DNA of 43,014 bases from a virus (taxonomy: Duplodnaviria > Caudoviricetes). The notes beneath the pieces are model-generated. The model worked only from the letters and a program-made list of their open reading frames with translations, was not told where the DNA came from and ran no database searches. How positions within the stretch are numbered: position 1 is the stretch's first letter; the number at the start of each line of letters is the position of its first letter. The stretch lies in IMG/VR virus record IMGVR_UViG_3300014656_005852, positions 1 through 43,014 of that record; one strand, given 5' to 3'. A program made the position numbers and the translations under genes. Below are positions 1-8,306 of this stretch, in pieces.

Positions 1-13
1 ATAGGAGAAAGTA

Positions 14-265
14 ATGTCAGAAAAGCCAGAAGAGTCACAACAAGGCGGCTACATGCCGTTAAAAGAGGTTCTTCAAGAAAAAGAACTGTTAGAAATTTTA
101 GGAATAAATCAAAGTAATCTTCGCAATCTTATAGATAACAAAGACTTCCCATGTATTAGACTTGCGAGATCGAAGAGAGTATATTTAGAAGGCTTTGTTC
201 TAGAGTGGTTGAAAAAGAATATTTTTCCTCAAAAAGAAAAGAGAGCACTCCCTTTTTATCAATAG
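14..265 (+). CDS. Excisionase/AlpA-like helix-turn-helix protein
   Basis: 83 aa with pattern 'ELLEILGINQSNLRNLI...FPCIRL...RVY...VLEWL'; AGGAG RBS upstream. Confidence 0.65.
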   Translation: MSEKPEESQQGGYMPLKEVLQEKELLEILGINQSNLRNLIDNKDFPCIRLARSKRVYLEGFVLEWLKKNIFPQKEKRALPFYQ

Positions 266-333
266 ATATTAATAATGGTTTTACTTTGTTATAAGACTAG
301 AAGTACTATATTGCTATAGGTAAAGAAGAAGTT

Positions 334-1161
334 ATGATTAAGGTTGTCCATATAGATAGAGATGAGTATAGATGTATTTGTCCCCTTCATAATGATACTA
401 ATCCTTCTCTTTCAATCAATATAAAAAAGAATGTTGCTTTTTGTTTTGCGGGATGTTTCGAAGGTACATTTATTAAATTTGTAATGGATCTATGGGGAGT
501 ATCTAAAAGTGTTGCTTGGAAGATGATTGTCTCTAAAGAGGTTTTTTCATTTGATTCTGAATATTTTAGCGGAAATGGGAATGGATATTGCTATGATTTT
601 GTGGGAGATGTAGAATGGGTTCCTGCAGATTATAGCAAGTATTTAATTAATAGAGGATTTGCTAGAAGTACAATAAGGTTTTGGGATATAGAGTATTCAT
701 CCGAAATTAATCACATAAGAATTCCAATAAAAAATAATAAAGGAGATTTTTTATGTTATTCTTATCGCACACTGGATAAAAATATTCAGCCAAAATATAT
801 TCATCCGGGGTTTAGAAAAAAAGAGGGATGGTTATTTGGAGAGAATATGTATGAACCTGGAGATTGCATCAATGTCGTGGAGGGTGCACTAGATTGTATT
901 TGGATGTGGCAGAATGGGTCTCCCAATTCGATTGCATTTTTAGGAAATCCAACCGTTTCCCAAATAAAAAAGGTATTAGAGTATGGAGATTTTTTTAGAT
1001 TATGTTTCGACAATGATCAAGCGGGAAAAAAATATACCGATAAGATGTCAAGAATAATAGAAAAAAGTGGAAAGAAATTTGTTGCTATCGATATCCCAGA
1101 GGGCAAAAAAGATGTCCAGGATTTAAACAGCATGGAATTTTCAAAAATAATAAGGAGGTAA
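334..1161 (+). CDS. dnaG: DNA primase (CHC2 zinc finger + TOPRIM)
   Basis: CPLHNDTNPS...CFAGC zinc finger; VVEGALD and CFDND TOPRIM motifs; terminal KDVQD. Confidence 0.9.
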   Translation: MIKVVHIDRDEYRCICPLHNDTNPSLSINIKKNVAFCFAGCFEGTFIKFVMDLWGVSKSVAWKMIVSKEVFSFDSEYFSGNGNGYCYDFVGDVEWVPADYSKYLINRGFARSTIRFWDIEYSSEINHIRIPIKNNKGDFLCYSYRTLDKNIQPKYIHPGFRKKEGWLFGENMYEPGDCINVVEGALDCIWMWQNGSPNSIAFLGNPTVSQIKKVLEYGDFFRLCFDNDQAGKKYTDKMSRIIEKSGKKFVAIDIPEGKKDVQDLNSMEFSKIIRR

Positions 1162-1166
1162 AGATT

Positions 1167-1904
1167 ATGCCAGATTGGTGGGAGAATAAAGAAAAGGACA
1201 GAGAAAAGAGAAGAGCGGGTCTTCAAACTTTGAAGTTAAAACCTATTGTGGATGCTAAAAATAATCCAGTTACAGAGGATGCTAAAATAGCTCGAATTAG
1301 ATTTTTGACGGATATTAAGGATGCTAAAAGTTGTTGGGTGCATGGAGTGTTGAAGCAAAGTCGTCTTGGAAAGAGATTCAATGAGGATGTATATTGTTTC
1401 TTCATGAATGATGATGTAAAGTGTAAATGGTGTTCTGATGGAGATTTCCCCAAAAGGAAGTTATATTTTTGGATATATTGCTTTGATATTTTGCATATAA
1501 GACAAGATCAAGGCAAGAAGTGGGAAAAAATCGAGTATATGGGAGATAAATATTTTTCTGAGCCTGTTAATGATATTCGTTTGTTCGTTACGGGAGTGGG
1601 AAAATCTAGCTCTACGGAGGATAAATTTATTCGTGCTGGTAAAAGATTTAAGACTTTATGTGACAGAAATTACGATTGGACAAGAGAGGGTTTAGGACTG
1701 GATACCAGTTATGATCTGGTATATGATACCGAGGCATCTGAGGAGTTATCCGAGGTAAAAAAGGCTAGAGAAAATCTTCCATCCTCTTTGGATGATATTA
1801 TTAATAAAATGAAGCCTGAATCTGAGAATGAGGCTCGACCTGATAATAAAATAGACGATGCCCCAGAGGAATTAGTTGACGAAGATTTAGAGGATTTGTT
1901 TTAA
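1167..1904 (+). CDS. Probable single-stranded DNA-binding protein
   Basis: Follows primase; strong TAAGGAGG RBS; 'ARIRFL', H..C..CKWC metal site; acidic tail ending DEDLEDLF. Confidence 0.6.
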   Translation: MPDWWENKEKDREKRRAGLQTLKLKPIVDAKNNPVTEDAKIARIRFLTDIKDAKSCWVHGVLKQSRLGKRFNEDVYCFFMNDDVKCKWCSDGDFPKRKLYFWIYCFDILHIRQDQGKKWEKIEYMGDKYFSEPVNDIRLFVTGVGKSSSTEDKFIRAGKRFKTLCDRNYDWTREGLGLDTSYDLVYDTEASEELSEVKKARENLPSSLDDIINKMKPESENEARPDNKIDDAPEELVDEDLEDLF

Positions 1905-2128
1905 TGGCTAAAATCTCTATTGGAGCAAGTGTTACAGTAAATTTCTCCAGAAAATCTATCGAATTTATGAAGCTGGATGCTAGGATTGAGGATATCGATC
2001 TGGAGATTCCTATTGATATCCAGCTTCATACTTTAGATGAGAAGTTTGATTATGCCTATGGGAGTCTTAGAAAGCAATTAAATAGTAAAATACGTGAAAA
2101 AATGGTGGGTGCTAATGGAGAGAATTAA
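1904..2128 (+). CDS. Hypothetical protein
   Basis: 74-aa ORF coupled to the upstream stop (TAATG). Confidence 0.6.
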   Translation: MAKISIGASVTVNFSRKSIEFMKLDARIEDIDLEIPIDIQLHTLDEKFDYAYGSLRKQLNSKIREKMVGANGEN

Positions 2129-2663
2129 CTGTTATCTGGCTTCTGGGTGGTTTAATCCACAACAAAAGACTGCTATGGATAAGGTAAGGAGTATTATTTT
2201 GTCTTATCCAGAATTTGATTTGTTTGCTCCATTTTATGATGGAATCGTGCTTGACAAAAGCAATGATTCTCCAGAGATGCGAAGAAAGGTTTTCGATCTA
2301 GATGTGGGCAGCATAGTCCTGGATAGGGGGAGTTTTTGTAGGAGAAAACTTACAGTGGCAATTATTGACGATTTTGAGCCCGGAACTATTATGGAAATGG
2401 GAGCCTCTGCTATTTTAGGGTGGCTAGGAGACAGAGGATATTGGATAACAGAGAAGTCGGATTATTTAGGATCTTCCTTTCTTACATTGCCAAAGGTTAT
2501 AGCCTATTCCGATGTGTCTGGGAGAGGACTTAATGTTATGCTCCAAATGGCTGTTTGGGGATTTGCTAATGGAGAACAGCAACTTAGAGAACAACTTGAA
2601 AGATTTATAATCAGGAGAGGGGCTGCCAATTTTTTGGAATTTGCAAGAGGAGATTTTGTATGA
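2115..2663 (+). CDS. Nucleoside 2-deoxyribosyltransferase / (d)NMP N-glycosidase family
   Basis: YLASGWF, VFDLD, DDFEPGTIMEMG (catalytic Glu) and NVML match the NDT/MilB-type pattern; likely start ATG 2115. Confidence 0.8.
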   Translation: MERINCYLASGWFNPQQKTAMDKVRSIILSYPEFDLFAPFYDGIVLDKSNDSPEMRRKVFDLDVGSIVLDRGSFCRRKLTVAIIDDFEPGTIMEMGASAILGWLGDRGYWITEKSDYLGSSFLTLPKVIAYSDVSGRGLNVMLQMAVWGFANGEQQLREQLERFIIRRGAANFLEFARGDFV

Positions 2664-2938
2664 TTGAGCTGGTTTTTGATGATAGGTATCGAGACTCTCT
2701 GTTAAATGGATCCAAGACTGCTACTATTAGAGGACGTAAAAAGGGTGATGTTGGGGACGTATTTGAGGCTTTTGGGGCTACTTTTAAGATTGTTGGGATT
2801 ATTTGTTGTCCTGTAGATATAGCGAAAAGTATCTGGAAGTATGATGGATTTAATTCTGAGAAGGATTTTCTGGATACAATAAAAAAATATTATCCAGAGA
2901 AGGGGGCTGTGTGGGTACATTGGATTGAGAGGGTATAA
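2660..2938 (+). CDS. ASCH domain protein
   Basis: 'F..RYRDSLLNGSKTATIR' is the ASCH GxKxxTxR motif; DGF...F and VWVH at the C-terminus. Confidence 0.85.
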   Translation: MIELVFDDRYRDSLLNGSKTATIRGRKKGDVGDVFEAFGATFKIVGIICCPVDIAKSIWKYDGFNSEKDFLDTIKKYYPEKGAVWVHWIERV

Positions 2939-3507
2939 TGGATGAATCTAATTCTGAAAAGATAGTATCTCATTTGAAAAAAACTTATGGTAGATTAACG
3001 AATACTGTTAGATATAGCACGGCTTATAAAATAGTTCCAGAGAATGTGGCAACTCATTCATATTTTGTTGTATATATTACAATGATCTTATGTGATTATT
3101 TAAAGGATTTGGGAATTAATATAGAGAGAGCTTTGCGAATGGCTCTAATTCATGATGTAGAAGAGAGCCTGACTGGGGATATAATTTATAGTATTAAACA
3201 TCATAATCCCGATTTTTCTGGTGCTGTGGACAGGTTAAATCGAGAAATAATTAATGAGATATATTCTGGGAATGAGCCTTATTTGGATTTGTGGAGAGAA
3301 TATAAGAGAGGAGACACGATAGAGTCTAAAATTGTTGAGATATCTGATAGGGTGTCTGGAGTATTATACATTTTAGGTGAGATGGAGATGGGAAATAGAA
3401 CATTGATGCCTATTTGTAAAAAATATTTAGATTTAATTTTTGAGACGAATATTCCAGGATTACAGGATTTTGTTTTTCGTTTAGCATTGGAGATTGATCG
3501 TGTATAA
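2938..3507 (+). CDS. HD-domain deoxynucleotidase (YfbR/DatZ-like)
   Basis: RY...ENVATHSY...ALIHDVEESLTGDI...K...D. Confidence 0.85.
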   Translation: MDESNSEKIVSHLKKTYGRLTNTVRYSTAYKIVPENVATHSYFVVYITMILCDYLKDLGINIERALRMALIHDVEESLTGDIIYSIKHHNPDFSGAVDRLNREIINEIYSGNEPYLDLWREYKRGDTIESKIVEISDRVSGVLYILGEMEMGNRTLMPICKKYLDLIFETNIPGLQDFVFRLALEIDRV

Positions 3508-4165
3508 TACATATGCCTACAAAATGGATGATGTATTTGATCTTACTGGAATTAGGCAGTTTGTAAAGCTTTGTCATGTGTATTCGTGTCTAGAGCATAT
3601 AGATAACCCAAAAATATTAGATGTGGGTTGTGGATGGGGAGAAGTAAAGGAATTTTTAGATAAAAATAGCTATCGATGCAATTATGTTTCTTTGGATATA
3701 ACGAATAATCGGTTTAAAGACAATAATTTTGTATGTTTCGATCTAACAAGAGGGGAATCCTTGCCATTTGCTAATTCGGAGTTCGATGTAGTTTTGATGT
3801 TAGACTCTCTTCAAAATATCGAAATCGAGTCTGGTAAGAGAGCTATCTCTGAGATTTCTAGAGTTTTAAAACAGGGTGGTGTCGTTTGTATCTCCACTCG
3901 GAATTCTTTAATGAAAGCGGATGAGGACTCCGAGCATCACCTGGTAAGATGGAATATATTGGAGTTATTGGCCACTATTAAAGAGAACTTTTTGTATGTG
4001 TCTAGAGTGTATGGAGTGAATTATGGATATAATGAGAAGGAGGTGATTAGCGATAATGGGGGTAATCCTTTAGTAGACTTTCTTCCAGATAGATTTTTTA
4101 GAGTTTTGTGTGGAGTCTATGATTGGAAGAAATGCAAGTGTGTTATGGTGGATTGTATAAAGTGA
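3494..4165 (+). CDS. Class I SAM-dependent small-molecule methyltransferase
   Basis: ILDVGCGWG, LPFANSEFDVV, EISRVLKQGG. Confidence 0.85.
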   Translation: MIVYNTYAYKMDDVFDLTGIRQFVKLCHVYSCLEHIDNPKILDVGCGWGEVKEFLDKNSYRCNYVSLDITNNRFKDNNFVCFDLTRGESLPFANSEFDVVLMLDSLQNIEIESGKRAISEISRVLKQGGVVCISTRNSLMKADEDSEHHLVRWNILELLATIKENFLYVSRVYGVNYGYNEKEVISDNGGNPLVDFLPDRFFRVLCGVYDWKKCKCVMVDCIK

Positions 4166-4728
4166 TAATAATTATTGAGGGTATCGATGGATCGGGGAAA
4201 ACTACTCTTGCTGAAGGTTTGTCCAAATATTATTCTATTCCAATATATAAGTCTTTTGGGGTTAATAGAGAATATTTTCCAGAAGGGAATAGTTATGGAA
4301 TTGAGGATGCGTGGAAAAAGGGGATAGTTGATTTTTCTGTGGCGGATTTTATTCGTCAGGTTCTGGTGAATGTAATTTTAGATAGATCTATTTTGAGTTG
4401 CTATTCTTATGGTAGGGATAACGATAGGTATTTAGTGGATAGATGGTGGGAGGCTATGCCGAAAGAAGAAGTTTTAATAATTTTTTTATATGCCGATGAT
4501 GTGAATGTCCTGCAGAGTAGAGCTAAGAATAGAAAAATTTGTGGAGTAGATTTTACCGATCTTAAGGAAGCTCAAAGTAGATATTTTAGCATTTTCTCCC
4601 TCCTTAATGGGATAAAGGAAAAAGTTTTTATGATACGGACGGATAATTGTTTGTCGGATAAAGTTTTTGAATTGGCTAAAAATAAGGTAGACGAATTGTT
4701 AAAGCAAGGAGAAAAAAAATATGATTAA
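4162..4728 (+). CDS. dNMP (thymidylate-like) kinase
   Basis: IIIEGIDGSGKTT P-loop and ILDRS motif; likely GTG start overlapping the upstream TGA. Confidence 0.85.
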   Translation: MIIIIEGIDGSGKTTLAEGLSKYYSIPIYKSFGVNREYFPEGNSYGIEDAWKKGIVDFSVADFIRQVLVNVILDRSILSCYSYGRDNDRYLVDRWWEAMPKEEVLIIFLYADDVNVLQSRAKNRKICGVDFTDLKEAQSRYFSIFSLLNGIKEKVFMIRTDNCLSDKVFELAKNKVDELLKQGEKKYD

Positions 4729-5824
4729 TGTTCACCCTAAAAGCTTTTTCGGCGATACCTATATTTTGGATAGTGAGGGTCGAACTATTTTGGACATGAT
4801 GTCTGGATCTGGAGTATATTTTTTGTGGAGATACGGAGATAAGTTTTGGCAAAATTTTAGGGAAGACAATCTTAATGCTCAGAATTTTTATGTTACAGAT
4901 GATAAGCTTGAAGTAGTAGGTAAGCTTTCTAAGATAACAGATTTTCCGAATGTGTTTTTAGTTTGTTCGGGATCGGAAGCCAATGATGCAGCAGTAAAAC
5001 TTTCTTTTAAGTATCACAGACAAAAAGGGGAAAGAAGGGACAAGGTTTTATACGCCATGGGGTGCTATTTTGGGAGGACATTTGGAGCAGTTCGATGCTC
5101 TCAGGAAAATTATCATGATTTTCTTCCACAGGATGATGTTTTTATTCCATTTCAATTTAATTCTGTTCCTAAGATTGTTCCATGGGAAAGGGTTTCGGCG
5201 TTGATTCTAGAGTATTTACCTTCTAGGAAATTGGAATTCTGGGACAATGAGGTTATAAAAGAAATTGTAGACTATTGTAAGAGGTATGATGTCAATGTTA
5301 TAGTTGATGAAATTAAGTGTGGTTTGGGACGAATGGGGAAAATTTTTGGATATTCCTATTGGAAGGATGCTATGGAGTTTGTTCCTGATATTGTAACGTG
5401 TGGGAAACCTCTAGGTGCTGGGTTTCCGCTTTCTGCTATTCTGTCTAGTTCAAAATTTTCCGATGTTATAGATTATAGGTGGCATTCGTCTACGTATGGA
5501 GGGATGCCATTTATTTCCAGAATAGCCTCTAGGACAATAGATAATCTTACGTTGGAAACTATTGAGGAGATCTCCCAATTTGGGAGGGTAGCTTTGGATA
5601 ACTTGAAAAATATCGAAGGTATAAGATTTTGTGGATGTGGAAAGTATTGGATTATTTTTGTTCCAAATGCTGATATTGTCCATAAGAAACTTCTGAATAG
5701 AGGGATATTAACTTATAATATTAATAAAGAGAATATTTCATTATTACCGAATTTGTGGTTTAATTGCGATCATTGGAGTGAATTTGTAAAGAATTTTGAG
5801 GAGGTTTTAAGTGAAGTTAGGTAA
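4721..5824 (+). CDS. PLP-dependent class III aminotransferase
   Basis: SGSEAN, GRTFGA, IVDEIKCGLGRMG, PDIVTCGKPLG (PLP lysine), HSSTYGG. Confidence 0.9.
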   Translation: MINVHPKSFFGDTYILDSEGRTILDMMSGSGVYFLWRYGDKFWQNFREDNLNAQNFYVTDDKLEVVGKLSKITDFPNVFLVCSGSEANDAAVKLSFKYHRQKGERRDKVLYAMGCYFGRTFGAVRCSQENYHDFLPQDDVFIPFQFNSVPKIVPWERVSALILEYLPSRKLEFWDNEVIKEIVDYCKRYDVNVIVDEIKCGLGRMGKIFGYSYWKDAMEFVPDIVTCGKPLGAGFPLSAILSSSKFSDVIDYRWHSSTYGGMPFISRIASRTIDNLTLETIEEISQFGRVALDNLKNIEGIRFCGCGKYWIIFVPNADIVHKKLLNRGILTYNINKENISLLPNLWFNCDHWSEFVKNFEEVLSEVR

Positions 5825-6536
5825 TGTGGTATGGATTACTGGTGCTGGAAGTGAAAATGGTTTGGGATATGCAATTGCTGAGGAGCTAGAGATCGAGGGA
5901 TATGGAACTGAAAGATTTGACAAAAAAATTGAGGGAGGTGCTATTGGACATGTTCTAGACATAACCGACGAATACGCTGTGGAGAAAGCATTCGACTCTC
6001 TAGAGAAACCATTTGCTATTGTAAATTGTGCAGGAGTAAATATTACTGGAAAGTTTTTGAGTTATTCTTTGGAGAATTTGAGAAAGACCTTTGAAGTAAA
6101 TGTATTTGGTAATTTTATCTTTACAAAGGCATTTGTGGAGGCTACTTTAGAATATGATGCTCCAAAGTATATAATAAATATAGGTAGCGATAGTGCTAAT
6201 ACTCCTAGAACAAATTCCTTTGCATACTGTGCTAGCAAGGCTGGTATACAGATGTTTACTCGATGTTTCTCTAGAGACTTAGCCAGTATGGGATATCGCA
6301 CGATTGAACTTGATCCTAGTTTAATATTAGATACAAATATGGACATTTATATCAATAACGAAGCAGCTAGGATTCAAGGACAGACGGAGGAGCAGATTAA
6401 GAGGTATCGTATGTCAAAAGTTCCTATAGGACGATTTGCCACTACATGGGAGCTTGCTAAATGGATTCCCTTTATTTTAAAGAATGGCGAGTATGCTAAT
6501 GGATCTTGCATTAGGGTTACTGGAGGGGTTATTTAA
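5811..6536 (+). CDS. Short-chain dehydrogenase/reductase
   Basis: ITGAGSENGLG, NCAG, NIGS, YCASK. Confidence 0.9.
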   Translation: MKLGNVVWITGAGSENGLGYAIAEELEIEGYGTERFDKKIEGGAIGHVLDITDEYAVEKAFDSLEKPFAIVNCAGVNITGKFLSYSLENLRKTFEVNVFGNFIFTKAFVEATLEYDAPKYIINIGSDSANTPRTNSFAYCASKAGIQMFTRCFSRDLASMGYRTIELDPSLILDTNMDIYINNEAARIQGQTEEQIKRYRMSKVPIGRFATTWELAKWIPFILKNGEYANGSCIRVTGGVI

Positions 6537-7288
6537 TTGCAAGTTGATCAAGTTTTGGATATGGATGCTATTGATATGATTAATAGTCTTCCAGATGGAT
6601 CTATCGATTTGGTGATTGCTGATCCTCCATTTCTTTCTCAGAAGGGTAGTAAAGATAGGTATAATAGAGGTTTTTCTGGGGATAAGGATAAGTATTTGGA
6701 GTGGTGTGATATTTGGATGGAGGGATGCTCTAGAAAGTTGAAAGAAACGGGAAGTATGTATACCTTTGGTGGGATTGGGATTTGGTATTTTTATGTAATT
6801 TTAGAAAAGTACATGATATATCGCAATCATATTGCATGGATTAAGAGGAATAGTATGATTGCTGTTCCCCAGTTGAGAAATTGGTTTTCGAAAGATGAGT
6901 TAATTCTTTATTTTACTAAAACCAATAAGTATATTTGGAATCCTATATATAAGGAATACGGAATAATGGGAGCTACTACTTGGCAGGATATTCCTGTGAT
7001 AACGAAGAGAATGAAGGAGTCTGTCTGTCATCCATCACAGAAACCTTTGACTTTGTTGGAAAAATTTGTTAAGGCTAGCACGAATGCTGGAGATCTGGTG
7101 CTTGATCCATTTTGTGGATCTGGAAGTTCTTTGGTAGCAGCAAAAAAGCTTGGGAGGAATTATCTGGGATGTGATATAGTTCCAGAGTATACGGAAATTG
7201 CAAGGAGGAGATTGGGTGGACTGCCTTTATAATGAAGGATGGAGAATGTGCTAGTGGGTTGTGTATAAGGGTTGTTGGAGGAGTTATA
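6480..7288 (+). repeat. Degenerate 54-bp direct repeat (6480-6533 and 7235-7288) flanking the methyltransferase gene
   Basis: KNGEYANGSCIRVTGGVI vs KDGECASGLCIRVVGGVI; 40/54 nt and 13/18 aa identical by hand alignment. Confidence 0.8.
6537..7232 (+). CDS. DNA N6-adenine/N4-cytosine methyltransferase, beta class
   Basis: ADPPF (motif IV), then HPSQKP and DPFCGSGS (motif I). Confidence 0.9.
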   Translation: MQVDQVLDMDAIDMINSLPDGSIDLVIADPPFLSQKGSKDRYNRGFSGDKDKYLEWCDIWMEGCSRKLKETGSMYTFGGIGIWYFYVILEKYMIYRNHIAWIKRNSMIAVPQLRNWFSKDELILYFTKTNKYIWNPIYKEYGIMGATTWQDIPVITKRMKESVCHPSQKPLTLLEKFVKASTNAGDLVLDPFCGSGSSLVAAKKLGRNYLGCDIVPEYTEIARRRLGGLPL

Positions 7289-7298
7289 TGGTGGATTG

Positions 7299-8304
7299 AT
7301 GGAATGCCTTAATTGTGGAATAGAAATAAATACAAAAAAATAAGAAGTTTTGTTCAGTTAAGTGTCGTGGCTTGTGGATGAGAGGCAAAACAAACGAAGA
7401 AATATTTGGAACAGATCTAGCGAGCAGAATTCGTAGCAAGCAGTCCGAAAAAGCAATGGGAAGACCTAGCAAATTAAAGGGTAGAAAGTATGAAGAAATT
7501 TACGGAGAGCGGAAAGCCATAGAGTTAAGATCCAAGAAGTTTAGAAATGTAGATCGTCATAGAAACAAAGGCAAAACTTATGAGGAAATGTATGGGATCG
7601 AAAAGGGTAAAGAACTTAGAAAGCTGCGATCTAGACAGAGAATAGATCTTAATAGAATAATAAGAAAAAAAGCTAGAAAATCCAGAGAGGGGTCTAGTAA
7701 TAGAAAAGGAATCTGGGGTGAGTGCAAAAAGGTTGTGGTTTGCGACAAATGTGGTAGGGAGATTAATACTAGAGGATATCCTAACCACGTTAAGAAGCAC
7801 TCTAGAGGTCGGGAACCCCATAAATGTTTGAACCCAAATTGCAGCAATGCGGTTGAATGGGGAAATGGTTGTTGTAGTCGCAGATGCTCCTCAATTGTTA
7901 GATGTATGAATTTAGGGAAAGAAAAAATGAGCGAAATGAAAAGAAGGTCTATGATAGAACATCCCGAAACGTGTTTGGCTAAGCTTACAGGGGGAATGGG
8001 TAGGAGCAAGACTCACATTTCTTTTCCTCAAAGAAGATTATTTGAGGTTGTAAGCAAAATAATTGGAGGAGTTGAACTAAATTATTCAGTTAATACAGGT
8101 AAAACTGTAAGGTACTTAGATGTTGCTGTTATAGGAAAGAAAATCGATTTTGAGTATGATGGGGAACAATTTCATAAAGATAGGGTAGAAAGTGATAAGA
8201 AACGGACAGAGGAACTGAATTTTTTGGGATGGAAGGTATTTCGTATCACTAAAAAGGATAATTTTGAGGAAAAAGTTTTGTCCGTTTTAAGGGAGGTGAT
8301 GTAA
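7299..8304 (+). CDS. Free-standing Vsr/DUF559-like endonuclease with DNA-binding repeats (apparent +1 frameshift near the 5' end)
   Basis: C-terminal LDVA...DFEYDGEQFH...D..R...L...GWKVFRI; three KG.TYEE.YG repeats; CxxC motifs; N-terminal MECLNC (7299) joins KFCSVKC only if one A of the A7 run at 7334-7340 is skipped. Confidence 0.75.
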
Positions 8305-8306
8305 AA

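Noticed and set aside
280-309. Possible promoter TTTACT-N18-TACTAT upstream of primase
   Set aside because: Weak match in AT-rich DNA; not distinguishable from background
2938-3507. Z-genome (2-aminoadenine) pathway suggested by the DatZ-like HD protein
   Set aside because: No PurZ or MazZ is recognisable in the window and the neighbours point to pyrimidine chemistry; such genes could still lie outside the window
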